A stretch of 64,000 nucleotides of DNA from Acidobacteriota bacterium (GTDB lineage: Bacteria > Acidobacteriota > Terriglobia > Bryobacterales > Bryobacteraceae), in assembly GCA_025353165.1 (NCBI GenBank), contig JANXRE010000076.1, positions 1,103 through 65,102 on the forward strand. The letters are read 5' to 3'. The position numbers were made by a program, and so were the translations under genes. Under the pieces are notes generated by a model that was given only the letters and a program-made list of their open reading frames with translations, had not been told where the DNA came from and did not search any database. Of this stretch, positions 18,412-28,642 are shown in pieces (the first letter of the stretch is position 1; each line of letters starts with the position of its first letter).

Positions 18412-18981
18412 TTGAGGTACCTTTCGACTATGATCCTCGCCACGGCGACGCTGGCCGCCCAGAAGCCGCTGGTGGAAGGCAACCCCGGCAGCACGGTCCG
18501 GGTGGTCGTCTATGAGGACCTGCAATGTTCGGATTGCGCGAACTTCCGGGTGATGCTCGACCAGCGGCTGCTGCCGCGCTTCGGCTCCAAAGTCGCCTTC
18601 GAACATCGCGACTTTCCGCTTCCGAAACACAAGTGGGCGCGTGACGCGTCGATCGCCGCGCGCTATTTCGCCGACATGAGTCCCGCGCTGGCCGTAAAGT
18701 GGCGTCAGTACGCCATGGCGAACCAGCCGGACATCCAACCGGAAAACTTTCGCGACAAGCTCGCCGCGTGGGCGAAACAGAACGGGGCCGATGCGGAGAA
18801 AGCGCTGGCCGCGCTCGCAAACACGGAGCTCGGCGCCGCAGTCGACCGCGATTATCGCGACGGCGTGGCGCGGGGCATCGCCCACACCCCCACCGCGCTC
18901 GTGAATGGCGAGCCCTTCGTCGAGACGTTTACGTACGAGGAAATTTCGGCCGCCATCGAGAAAGCCCTTGACGGGAAATAG
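18412..18981 (+). CDS. DsbA-like thioredoxin-domain protein (CSDC active site), secreted
   Basis: A signal-like N-terminus is followed by VVVYEDLQCSDCANF and HRDFPL..H.WA, as in the DsbA/thioredoxin_4 family. Confidence 0.75.
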   Translation: MRYLSTMILATATLAAQKPLVEGNPGSTVRVVVYEDLQCSDCANFRVMLDQRLLPRFGSKVAFEHRDFPLPKHKWARDASIAARYFADMSPALAVKWRQYAMANQPDIQPENFRDKLAAWAKQNGADAEKALAALANTELGAAVDRDYRDGVARGIAHTPTALVNGEPFVETFTYEEISAAIEKALDGK

Positions 18982-19000
18982 CTCTGCCGCCCCACGGCCC

Positions 19001-19729
19001 GTGGCCGTCGTCACCGGCGCAAGCCGCGGCATCGGCCGCGCCATCGCCACCGAGCTCTCCTCCACTCATCAGGTAATCGGAACCTATTGCGGCCGCCGCG
19101 ACATGGCGGAGTCGCTGGCCGCCGAAACGGGCGCGTTCATTCACGCCTGCGATATCAGCCGCCGGGAAGATCGCGCAGCCCTGGCCCAATTCGTCTCCGC
19201 GAAATTCGGACGCGTCGACCTCCTGGTGAATAACGCGGGCGTGGCTCCGCGCGAGCGCCGCGACATCCTTGAGGCCACCGAGGAAAGCTTCGACGACGTC
19301 CTGGCGACCAACCTCAAAGGGCCGTATTTCCTGACGCAAATGATGGCCCGCGACATGATCGCCGAGGGCGTGCAAGGCCGCATCGTCTTCATCACCTCTA
19401 TCTCGTCCTACACGGCGTCGGTGAATCGCGGCGAATACTGCATTTCGAAAGCCGGCCTCAGCATGGCGGTCGCGCTCTGGGCGGCAAGGCTCGCCGAAAC
19501 AGGCATCAAGGTGTTCGAAATCCGGCCGGGAATCGTTCGCACCGACATGATCGCGGGCGTGGAGAACGCGTACGAGCGACGGATCGCCGACGGACTCCTT
19601 CCCCAGCGGCGCATGGGCGAGGGCTCGGACGTGGCCCGTGCCGTTCGCGCCATCGCCGCCGGCCTGCTCGATTATTCCACCGGGCAGGTGATCAACGTGG
19701 ACGGCGGATTCCACCTGCGCACCTTGTAG
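19001..19729 (+). CDS. SDR family oxidoreductase (FabG-like)
   Basis: Motifs are VAVVTGASRGIGRAIA, NNAG and YCISKAG (YxxxK). The start is uncertain: GTG 19001, TTG 18968 or ATG 18905, the last of which would overlap the upstream gene. Confidence 0.8.
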   Translation: MAVVTGASRGIGRAIATELSSTHQVIGTYCGRRDMAESLAAETGAFIHACDISRREDRAALAQFVSAKFGRVDLLVNNAGVAPRERRDILEATEESFDDVLATNLKGPYFLTQMMARDMIAEGVQGRIVFITSISSYTASVNRGEYCISKAGLSMAVALWAARLAETGIKVFEIRPGIVRTDMIAGVENAYERRIADGLLPQRRMGEGSDVARAVRAIAAGLLDYSTGQVINVDGGFHLRTL

Positions 19730-19734
19730 GCGCA

Positions 19735-19740
19735 TATAAT
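19735..19740 (+). promoter_or_regulatory. possible -10 hexamer (perfect TATAAT) upstream of the monooxygenase-like gene
   Basis: A perfect TATAAT lies 20 nt upstream of ATG 19761 in a GC-rich context. There is no clear -35 element and no SD. Confidence 0.25.
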
Positions 19741-19760
19741 AATCGCATCTGGTTTCCACC

Positions 19761-20972
<1,212 letters not shown>

Positions 20973-20980
20973 GTAAATCT

Positions 20981-21010
20981 CCAATAATTCAGTACGATTA
21001 TTGGTTTTCT
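20981..21010 (+). terminator. weak A/T-rich hairpin plus T-run after the monooxygenase-like gene
   Basis: The sequence is ccaataat-tcagtacg-attattgg followed by ttttct, an 8-bp perfect inverted repeat with a low-GC stem. Confidence 0.3.
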
Positions 21011-21012
21011 AC

Positions 21013-21040
21013 TTGTAATTAAGTTAAATATCCGTATCAT
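21013..21040 (+). promoter_or_regulatory. candidate sigma70-type promoter TTGTAA-16 nt-TATCAT upstream of the DUF1800 gene
   Basis: It lies in a conspicuously AT-rich ~90-bp island (20973-21064) within a GC-rich genome. The hexamers were read directly from the sequence. Confidence 0.35.
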
Positions 21041-21064
21041 CGTGGAAGTGCCCACGAATCACGC

Positions 21065-23830
21065 ATGCCGGGCCGGAGGTTCCGCATGACTTTCCCGCCG
21101 ATCGCGATACTGCTCTGCGCCGCCGCAGGCGCCTGGGCCCAGTCGGTCACCATCAGCCCGGGCTACACCAACCTCGGCGTCAACCAGACGCTGCAATACG
21201 CCGCGACGGTCACCGGACTCACGAATAAAGCCGTCACCTGGAAGATCTCCGGCGTCACCGGCGGCAATTCCACGCTGGGGAAGATCACTAAAGCGGGGTT
21301 ATACAAGGCCCCGGCGGCCGTGCCCGCCGCCAGCACTTTGGTGGAGGCGCTGGCCTCCGACGGCAAGACGATGGGTTCCGTCTATGTGAATATTGAGGCG
21401 GCCGGCCCATCCATCGCCTCCGTCTCGCCGAATCCGATCCCCACCGGCAATTTCACGGTCACGCTGACGGGAACGGCCTTCCAGAGCGGCGCCATCGTCT
21501 CGTTCAACGGCGCCAACCTGCCGACGACGTTCTTGACCGCGACCACTCTGAAAACCGGCGCCTACCAGGGCGCAGCAACCCCCGGCGTATTCCGGGTCGA
21601 GAACCCCGGCACGCTGTGGGGTGCGCCGTTCAGTGTGCAGTTTGTGCAAAGCGGGCCGCAAACGATTTCGCCCACGCAGGCGACGGTCACGCTCGGAGCC
21701 AACCAGCAATTCACCTCCTCCGGTGCAACCAGTTGGACGGCCACGGCCGGCGCGATCAGTTCCACCGGCCTTTACACGGCCCCCGCGGCGATGCCTTCGC
21801 CGAATACCGTCACGGTCACCGCGACCGGTGCGGGCGGCTCGGCCTCCGCCACGGTCACCCTGCAAAGCGCCACCCCGCAGACCATCTCGCCGGCCAGCGT
21901 CTCGCTGAACCTCGGCGCGACGCAGCAGTTCGCCTCCGCCGGCGCGACGGCGTGGAGCGCGGCGTACGGCACAATCACAACGGCCGGGCTCTACACCGCC
22001 CCCGCAACATTGCCGTCTTCCGGCGCCGACAGCGTGACCGTTACGGGCGCGAACGGCACGGCCACCGCGGCGGTCACTCTGATTGCTCCCACGCCGGTCA
22101 TCACCGGGGTGGGAGCGAACGGGCAATTGCCGCTGGGCATCTTCTCCACCACCGTCACCGGGACGGGTTTTCAGCCCGGTTCCGTCGGGCAGTTGAATGG
22201 CGCGCCGCTCGCGACCACGTATTCGGCGGGCTCGCTGAACGTCACCGGGTTCTGCGGCCAATCCGGCCCGGCGAACCTCACCGTGAGCACCGGGTCGGTC
22301 GCCTCCCAACCGTTTGCCGTGCAAATCGGAGTTCCAAACGCACAGGTTTCGGCGGCCGCGGCGCGACGTTTTCTGGAACAGGCGGCCTTCGGCCCCGCGC
22401 CGGTCGGCGCGACGCACGTGCAGACCATCGGCTTCCAACCCTGGCTGACCGAGCAGTTCAACATGGCGCAGGTTTCCAACTACAACATCATTACCTCGGG
22501 CCAGGGCGGGATGCCGGCGCACTTCCTGACCAACGCCGTGTCGAATTCCGACCAGTTGCGGCAGCGCGTGGCCTTCGCTCTCAGCCAGATCTTCGTCACT
22601 TCGATTCAAAAGCTGATCTGGAACGGCAACATGGTTCTGTTTCAGAACATGCTACTGGCCGACGCATTCACCAATTACCGGCAGATCATGGCGGATGTGA
22701 CGTTAAGTCCCGCCATGGGCCAATACCTCGACGTGGCCAACAACGCTATGGCCAATACTTCCGCCGGCACCCTGGCCAACGAGAACTACGCGCGCGAGAT
22801 GATGCAGCTATTTACCATCGGAACCCAAATGCTGAATCAGGACGCCTCGGTCCAGCTTGACGGCAACAATCTGCCGGTCCCGACTTATTCCCAATTCACG
22901 ATTACCGAATTTGCGCGAGTGTACACTGGTTGGACCTACGCGCCGACGCCGGGAGGCCAGGTCAACTGGGGCGCTTACATCAGCGGTTACGGGCCCATGG
23001 TTCCGTACCCGCCGCAGCACGACTCGGGATCCAAGCAGTTACTGAACGGATCCGTTTCGCCCGCCGGCCTCGCTCCGCTGCAGGATCTGAATAACGCCCT
23101 CGACAACATCTTCAATCATTCGAACGTCGGACCGTTCGTGGCGACGCAGTTGATCCGGCACCTGGTGAAAAGCAATCCCAGTCCGGGGTACGTGTTCCGC
23201 GTCGCCGCCGCCTTCAACAGCAACAGTCAGGGCGTGCGTGGCGATATGCAAGCGACCATCGCGGCCGTGCTGCTGGATGCCGAAGCCCGAGCCAACGATA
23301 ACGGTGGCGGCGATCTGACCGTCGACGGCCATTTGCAGGAGCCGGCGCTGTTCATCTCGGGCATGGTGCGAGCCTTCGGCGGCCAGATGAACGACCAGAA
23401 CTACTATCCGTCGGACCTGGCTGTCATGGGACAGGACCTCTTCAATTCGCCGAGCGTCTTCAACTACTATTCGCCGAATTATCAGGTTCCCGGCACGCCG
23501 CTCACAGGCGGCGAGTTCGAGATTCACACCCCGAACAATGCGATCTGGCGCGCCAACGTAGTGCAGAATCTGTTCAGCCAGTATTCGAACCCGGTCCAGA
23601 GTTACGGCCCAGGCACTTCACTGGACCTGACGCCCTTCCTCGCGCTGGCATCCACTCCCGCGACGCTGGTCGCCGCTCTCGATCTGACCTTGACTCACGG
23701 CGTGATGCCCGCGGGCATGAAATCCGCCATCGTGAGCGCGGTCGCGGCCGACACTCTGGGCCCCTTGCACCAGGTGCAAACCGCCTGTTACCTGATCCTG
23801 ACTTCGAGTTACTACAATGTCTGGCACTAG
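21065..23830 (+). CDS. DUF1800 domain protein with ~430-aa N-terminal array of Ig-like (BIG2/IPT) repeats
   Basis: It has a signal peptide and tandem repeats (QTISPTQATVTLGANQQFTSSGATSW.. / QTISPASVSLNLGATQQFASAGATAW..). The C-terminal part (FLEQAAFGP.., ENYAREMMQLFTIG, HDSGSK) is typical of DUF1800. Confidence 0.75.
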   Translation: MPGRRFRMTFPPIAILLCAAAGAWAQSVTISPGYTNLGVNQTLQYAATVTGLTNKAVTWKISGVTGGNSTLGKITKAGLYKAPAAVPAASTLVEALASDGKTMGSVYVNIEAAGPSIASVSPNPIPTGNFTVTLTGTAFQSGAIVSFNGANLPTTFLTATTLKTGAYQGAATPGVFRVENPGTLWGAPFSVQFVQSGPQTISPTQATVTLGANQQFTSSGATSWTATAGAISSTGLYTAPAAMPSPNTVTVTATGAGGSASATVTLQSATPQTISPASVSLNLGATQQFASAGATAWSAAYGTITTAGLYTAPATLPSSGADSVTVTGANGTATAAVTLIAPTPVITGVGANGQLPLGIFSTTVTGTGFQPGSVGQLNGAPLATTYSAGSLNVTGFCGQSGPANLTVSTGSVASQPFAVQIGVPNAQVSAAAARRFLEQAAFGPAPVGATHVQTIGFQPWLTEQFNMAQVSNYNIITSGQGGMPAHFLTNAVSNSDQLRQRVAFALSQIFVTSIQKLIWNGNMVLFQNMLLADAFTNYRQIMADVTLSPAMGQYLDVANNAMANTSAGTLANENYAREMMQLFTIGTQMLNQDASVQLDGNNLPVPTYSQFTITEFARVYTGWTYAPTPGGQVNWGAYISGYGPMVPYPPQHDSGSKQLLNGSVSPAGLAPLQDLNNALDNIFNHSNVGPFVATQLIRHLVKSNPSPGYVFRVAAAFNSNSQGVRGDMQATIAAVLLDAEARANDNGGGDLTVDGHLQEPALFISGMVRAFGGQMNDQNYYPSDLAVMGQDLFNSPSVFNYYSPNYQVPGTPLTGGEFEIHTPNNAIWRANVVQNLFSQYSNPVQSYGPGTSLDLTPFLALASTPATLVAALDLTLTHGVMPAGMKSAIVSAVAADTLGPLHQVQTACYLILTSSYYNVWH

Positions 23831-23902
23831 TAAGGAGAAAAATGGGGGACAGACACCGGCGGAAAAGGCTGTCTGTCCCCCATTTTTAAAAAAGGAGAGG
23901 AC

Positions 23903-25279
23903 ATGCTGATTCGTTCCCGGCGTGAGTTCTTGAAAGACACGGTTCGGTCGGTCACCGCCTTGGGCGCGGCGGGTGCAATGGCGAGGTTCATAGAGATGAA
24001 CGCTCTCGCCGCCACCGGCTCCGGCTATCAGGCGCTGGTATGTGTGTTCCTGCTGGGTGGCAACGACGGCCACAACACCGTGATCCCGATCGCCACCGCG
24101 CAACAGAACTACAGCCAGTACCAGCAGTATCGCGGCGGGCTCGCGCTTCCCCAAGCCTCTCTGCTTCCCATCGCCAACGGCGGCGAAACCTATGGCCTGC
24201 ACCCCAGCCTCGTCGAACTCCAGGCCCTTTACAACCAGGGCAAGGCGGCGGTGCTGGCCAACGTGGGCATGCTGGTGCAACCCATCACCCGCGCTCAATA
24301 CCTGGGCAACAACAGCGCCATTGTCCCTGCGTCGTTGTTCTCGCACTCCGATCAAAGCAACCAGTGGCAAACCGCGATCCCCAATGGAATCGCCGGCAGC
24401 GGCTGGGGCGGCCGCATCACCGACCTGCTGCAGGGACAGAACGCCGGCGCGATCTTCCCTCCCATTACCACGACGGGTTCCTGCGGTCTGTTCTGCACTG
24501 GCGTGCAGACTTTTCCCGCCACGGTGCCTCCGCCGTATTCCGGCTCGACGGCCGTCACCGGAATCGCCACCCTGAACGGCCTTTCGAACTCGCCCGCGCG
24601 GGCCGGAGGCATGCAGCAGTTGCTCACCTTCGACAACGGGCTCCAGTTAGTGCAAGCCGCCAACGGCGTCATGACGCGCGGCAACAGTTACGCCAACACA
24701 CTGACTAGCCTGCTGACGTCGTCCACCTTGAAGACGGTGTTTCCGGCCAACAATCCGCTCGCCGGCCAGTTGCAGACCGTGGCGAATGTCATGTCGGTAC
24801 GCAACCAACTCGGACTCACCCGGCAGATCTTCTTCTGCCTGCTGGACGGCTTCGATACGCACGGGCAGCAACTCGAAACTCAGCAGCCGCTCCTGCAGCA
24901 GTTGAGCCAGGCCCTGCTCGCGTTCTACCAGGCCACCCAGGAACTCGGCGTCGACCAGAACGTGACCACCTTCACCGCCTCCGAGTTCGGGCGCACGCTG
25001 ACGCCCAGCGGAACCGACGGCAGCGATCACGCCTGGGGCAACCACCACTTCATCCTGGGCGGCGGCGTGAAGGGCGGCCAGTTCTACGGCAGCTTCCCGC
25101 TGCTCGCTCCCGGCGCGAGCGACGACGCCAACACCCGCGGCGTATTGATCCCCACGACGGCGGTGGACCAATACGGCGCAACGCTGGCGCAATGGTTCGG
25201 CGTCGCGCCGGCCAGCCTGCCCGCCATTTTCCCGAACATCGGAAACTTCAGCGCAACTAATCTGGGGTTCCTGGGCTAA
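23903..25279 (+). CDS. DUF1501 domain protein (sulfatase-like), TAT signal
   Basis: MLIRSRREFLKDTV..GAAGAMA is a TAT signal. FLLGGNDGHNTVIP, GFDTH and SEFGRT..GTDHAWG are the typical DUF1501 signature. Confidence 0.85.
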   Translation: MLIRSRREFLKDTVRSVTALGAAGAMARFIEMNALAATGSGYQALVCVFLLGGNDGHNTVIPIATAQQNYSQYQQYRGGLALPQASLLPIANGGETYGLHPSLVELQALYNQGKAAVLANVGMLVQPITRAQYLGNNSAIVPASLFSHSDQSNQWQTAIPNGIAGSGWGGRITDLLQGQNAGAIFPPITTTGSCGLFCTGVQTFPATVPPPYSGSTAVTGIATLNGLSNSPARAGGMQQLLTFDNGLQLVQAANGVMTRGNSYANTLTSLLTSSTLKTVFPANNPLAGQLQTVANVMSVRNQLGLTRQIFFCLLDGFDTHGQQLETQQPLLQQLSQALLAFYQATQELGVDQNVTTFTASEFGRTLTPSGTDGSDHAWGNHHFILGGGVKGGQFYGSFPLLAPGASDDANTRGVLIPTTAVDQYGATLAQWFGVAPASLPAIFPNIGNFSATNLGFLG

Positions 25280-25289
25280 CACCCAGGTG

Positions 25290-25330
25290 GCGCACGCAAT
25301 CGTGCGTGCCGCGTCGGCACTCCTGCCGAC
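25290..25330 (+). terminator. two tandem GC-rich hairpins after the DUF1501 gene (no U-tract)
   Basis: The first is gcgcacg-caat-cgtgcgt at 25290-25307. The second is a perfect gtcggca-ctcc-tgccgac at 25313-25330, 11-50 nt after the stop codon. Confidence 0.3.
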
Positions 25331-25509
25331 GCTTAGCGAGCCGCGCGGAAACTGGTGTCGCGATGGGTCGCCGACACGCACCAGTGCATGAGCCTCGTCG
25401 GCTTGGCAGGGCTGTTTCGTTGGCCTCGGATTGATTGAAACGCTCCGGCCCCGGTTTTCACCTACTAACCGGCGGGGGCAGCCCGCCGGAAACCTGGAGG
25501 AAACCCATC

Positions 25510-27621
25510 ATGCCCGTTGAAATCAGGCCGGTGCTGGTGAATGTCGACGTCCGCAAGGAAAGACTCGATTTTCATAAGCTCATCGCCGGCAACCCCAATT
25601 ACTTCGGTAATCTCAAGCAGAGCCCCTTTAAGCCGATCGTCGCGATCGCGTCCGATACAGCCTACGAAGAAGTGACCTGCATCGGCTTCAACCCCGCCTC
25701 GAACGTCCTGGAAGCGGTGATTCAAATCACGCAGCCGGCCGGGTACGGAGGAAATCCCTGCGGAACCGGATCGTTCGAATACGTGCGATTCTTCCTCGAC
25801 TACGGAACGGGTTGGGAAGATGCGGGTTTCGCCGCCGTACACGTGAACGACGTCGCCACCGCCAACGACTGCGCCGGCGTGGCGGGCAAACCGCTCAGCT
25901 ATGCGGCTTCCGTTCAGATCCAACCGAAATCCAACTGGTGCTTCTTCCCGGTTCTGCCGAAGGTCCGCGCCATCCTCTCGTGGCAGCAGATCCCGACCGC
26001 CGGGGACGCGGCTTTCACGCCGATCTGGGGCAACGTGCTGGAGCGCCACATCCAGATCCAGCCCCGCCTGCTCCTGTTCGAAGAGGTCGCCCTGCAGATC
26101 AGCAAAGAAGTCCAGCAGGTCATCCCTCCCGCGCAGTTGAGCGCCATCGCGAAGATGCCCATCCCTTTGCCGGACCCTGGCCCCATCGACCTGGCGCAGC
26201 TAACCAAGCTGTACAGCGCGAAGAAGACTGCCACGGCCGCTATCCCCTCGCATCGTTTTGGATTCCCCGAACTCCACGCCGTGCTGAAAGGACCGGACGC
26301 GAACGCGAAGTCCGTCACCGCCGGCATCTCCAAGTGGGCCAGCCTCGGCCTGAACTGGCAGTCGGCCCTGGCCGCGTTGAGTGAACTCGACGCCGATGTC
26401 GCGTACGAACAACTCGAGTGCCTCGGCATGGAAGGCGACTCCGGCCTGGAGCGCCTGGTCGCCACCTTCCGCATCAAACAGCCGGGCGGCTACGGCGGAG
26501 GACTGTGCACCGCCGGAAGCGCCGAATACGTCGCCTTCTGGGCGGACTGGGACAACACCTGCCAGTACACGTACCTCGGCACCGTGCCCGTGCAGGTGCA
26601 CGATATCGCCGGTATCCCGGCCGACGGACTGGTTTACACCGCCGTGCTGCCCGTGGATGTCGGCGCTCATCGCGAGTCGTGCGACAAGTCGAAAATCGCC
26701 CGCGTGCGGGCCGTGCTTTCCTGGGCGGTCCCGCCATCGACGGTAGATCCGAATGCGCTCGATTTCTGGGGCAACCGGATCGACACCCACGTGCAGATCC
26801 GGCCCGGCGATGTACCGAACGTGCTGAGCCCGAGGATCGCTATCCTCGGAGGAATCGCGACCTCGCTCATCGACGGCGCGGGCCTGACCACGCCGGCGGC
26901 AATTTTCGCGGGAACCAACTTCCCTGCGGACGACCAGAATCTGGGCCGGCAGTGCCCGTTCGGCGGGCGCGTCGAAGTTCAGGGTTATTCCTTCCCCGGT
27001 TTGAAGTACCGCATTCAGGTGAAGCCGACGGCGGGCGGATTGTGGCAGAACGTGGTCACCCCGCTTTGGCTTGTCCGCTGGGACGGCACCACCTACCAGG
27101 TGTTGCCGGACGCGCAGGGCTTCTTCGATTACCAGCAGCACGACCAGAACATCGAGAACCTGCTCGGGCTGTGGGACACCGGTGGCGACGACCAGTGGTT
27201 CGTCAAGCTGGAGATCGCCGACATGGCCGACAATCCCATTCTCGGCGCGGTTCCGGATATCGATGTCCTGCAGTTGGATAACACCGCTCCGCAAGCAGTG
27301 TTGCACATCGACAGCGGCGGCGATTGCGGGAAGTTCGCAGTCGGCGCGGTGCTGAACGGCCACTTCGTCGGCCGCGACCTCAACTTCGGCGGCTACAGCC
27401 TGTACACGCTGCCGTTCAACGGGCCCATCAGTCCGTCCGGCGGCACCGTGCAAACGGCTGTCGCTCCGGGCGACGTTTGGACGCTGAACACCGCCGGCAT
27501 GACCCCGTGCGGCTACGTGATCGAGTTGGATGTCTCCGATCGGAGTATCGTCAACAGCGGGTACGCATCTCACAATCGTGCGTCCTCTTCGGCCGGCTTC
27601 TGTCTCCTCGCGACCCTGTAA
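25510..27621 (+). CDS. hypothetical 703-aa protein with tandemly duplicated ~135-aa Cys-containing domain; no recognisable family
   Basis: The start is set at ATG 25510, 8 nt after GGAGGA. Repeat 1 (aa ~50-185) and repeat 2 (aa ~297-432) share YE..C.G, QP.GYGG..C..GS.EYV.F, VRA.LSW, .WGN and H.QI.P. No signal peptide is visible. Confidence 0.6.
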   Translation: MPVEIRPVLVNVDVRKERLDFHKLIAGNPNYFGNLKQSPFKPIVAIASDTAYEEVTCIGFNPASNVLEAVIQITQPAGYGGNPCGTGSFEYVRFFLDYGTGWEDAGFAAVHVNDVATANDCAGVAGKPLSYAASVQIQPKSNWCFFPVLPKVRAILSWQQIPTAGDAAFTPIWGNVLERHIQIQPRLLLFEEVALQISKEVQQVIPPAQLSAIAKMPIPLPDPGPIDLAQLTKLYSAKKTATAAIPSHRFGFPELHAVLKGPDANAKSVTAGISKWASLGLNWQSALAALSELDADVAYEQLECLGMEGDSGLERLVATFRIKQPGGYGGGLCTAGSAEYVAFWADWDNTCQYTYLGTVPVQVHDIAGIPADGLVYTAVLPVDVGAHRESCDKSKIARVRAVLSWAVPPSTVDPNALDFWGNRIDTHVQIRPGDVPNVLSPRIAILGGIATSLIDGAGLTTPAAIFAGTNFPADDQNLGRQCPFGGRVEVQGYSFPGLKYRIQVKPTAGGLWQNVVTPLWLVRWDGTTYQVLPDAQGFFDYQQHDQNIENLLGLWDTGGDDQWFVKLEIADMADNPILGAVPDIDVLQLDNTAPQAVLHIDSGGDCGKFAVGAVLNGHFVGRDLNFGGYSLYTLPFNGPISPSGGTVQTAVAPGDVWTLNTAGMTPCGYVIELDVSDRSIVNSGYASHNRASSSAGFCLLATL

Positions 27622-27626
27622 GGAAC

Positions 27627-28007
27627 ATGAGCTGGATTTTCTTCATTGCCGTCCTGGCGGTGTGGCGCGTTACCCACGCGCTCGCCGCCGAGGACGGCCC
27701 TTTCCGCATCGTCGCCCGGCTGCGATACAAAGCCGGGACTGGATTCTGGGGCGAACTGATGGATTGTTTCTACTGCCTCAGCCTCTGGATCGCGATGCCC
27801 TTCGCGCTCCTGCTGGGAAACTCCTGGCGGGAGCGCGTCACCTTGTGGCTGGCCCTGTCGGCCGCCGCGATTCTGTTAAACCGGCTTTGGGACAGGGTGG
27901 CCCCCGACCGGCCGGAACATTTGGAGGAACGTCATGAGCTGTTGTGGACAAGCGAGAGCGCAGGCCAGCGCGGAGATGGAAGCGCGCGCCCGCCCGACGC
28001 CCGTTAA
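27627..28007 (+). CDS. DUF1360-like small membrane protein
   Basis: ATG 27627 follows AAGGAA. IAVLAVWRVTHALAAEDGPFRIVARLR...MDCFYCLSLWIAMPF resembles the DUF1360 signature (RlT.li..D.i...R ... C.wC.svW). Confidence 0.6.
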   Translation: MSWIFFIAVLAVWRVTHALAAEDGPFRIVARLRYKAGTGFWGELMDCFYCLSLWIAMPFALLLGNSWRERVTLWLALSAAAILLNRLWDRVAPDRPEHLEERHELLWTSESAGQRGDGSARPPDAR

Positions 28008-28179
28008 CACGCCGCGGTATGGATCGGTGGTATTGGAATACACCGGACGGGGCGATTTGGCGGTGGTCGGCCCGGCCACGCGCACCACCTATCGTTTCAG
28101 CCAACCCGGCGCGCGCGTGAGCGTGGACGGCCGGGATAGCGGCCCGCTCGGCACGAGGCGGGATCTCCGGCGGCTGTAA
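27934..28179 (+). CDS. small hypothetical protein (81 aa, N-terminal MSCCGQ)
   Basis: The ATG lies 5 nt after a strong GGAGGA. The ORF overlaps the 3' 74 nt of the DUF1360 ORF in another frame. I recognise no family. Confidence 0.4.
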   Translation: MSCCGQARAQASAEMEARARPTPVNTPRYGSVVLEYTGRGDLAVVGPATRTTYRFSQPGARVSVDGRDSGPLGTRRDLRRL

Positions 28180-28620
28180 TCAGTCCCGGAACGAATGAAT
28201 CGCCTTCGCCCGCTTTTCCAGATTCCTGGCCAGCCGCTGGTCTGGAATCGATCGCGCGAACGGTGGATGATGACGTAGTCGCCGGCCGCGAAGCTGCGAT
28301 GGTTTCCGCGACGCGGGTGGCAGTGCCGGTGCTGCCGCTCTCATGCGCGATGTGAAGCCAAATGTCGTCGAGTTCAGCCTCGGAAATCTGCTCACGTGCG
28401 TGGATTCTGCCGGGCGGCCAAATGCGCCAAGTCACGCCGCTGGACGTCGTCGCCAAGCTGCCGCAGCTCCTCGGGTATCGTCACGTCGCGGCCTTCGCCG
28501 CGCGCCAGGGATGCTTCCGCTTCATCGACCGCGAGCAGGATTTCCAGTCTCCGCCGCTCACGCTCCTCCCACAACGAACGCTTGCGGATCCAGGGTGAGC
28601 TGCACTTCCAATAGGTCAAG
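28180..28620 (-). pseudogene. decayed ParD/ParE-like toxin-antitoxin locus
   Basis: The antitoxin-like frame reads ..RKRSLWEERERRRLEILLAVDEAEASLARGEG... The toxin pieces are spread over three frames: ISEAELDDIWLHIAHESGSTGTATRVAETI, then GDYVIIHRS, then ..AKAIHSFRD*. Confidence 0.35.
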
Positions 28621-28642
28621 GTAGGAGGCGCCGGGGCGGGTG

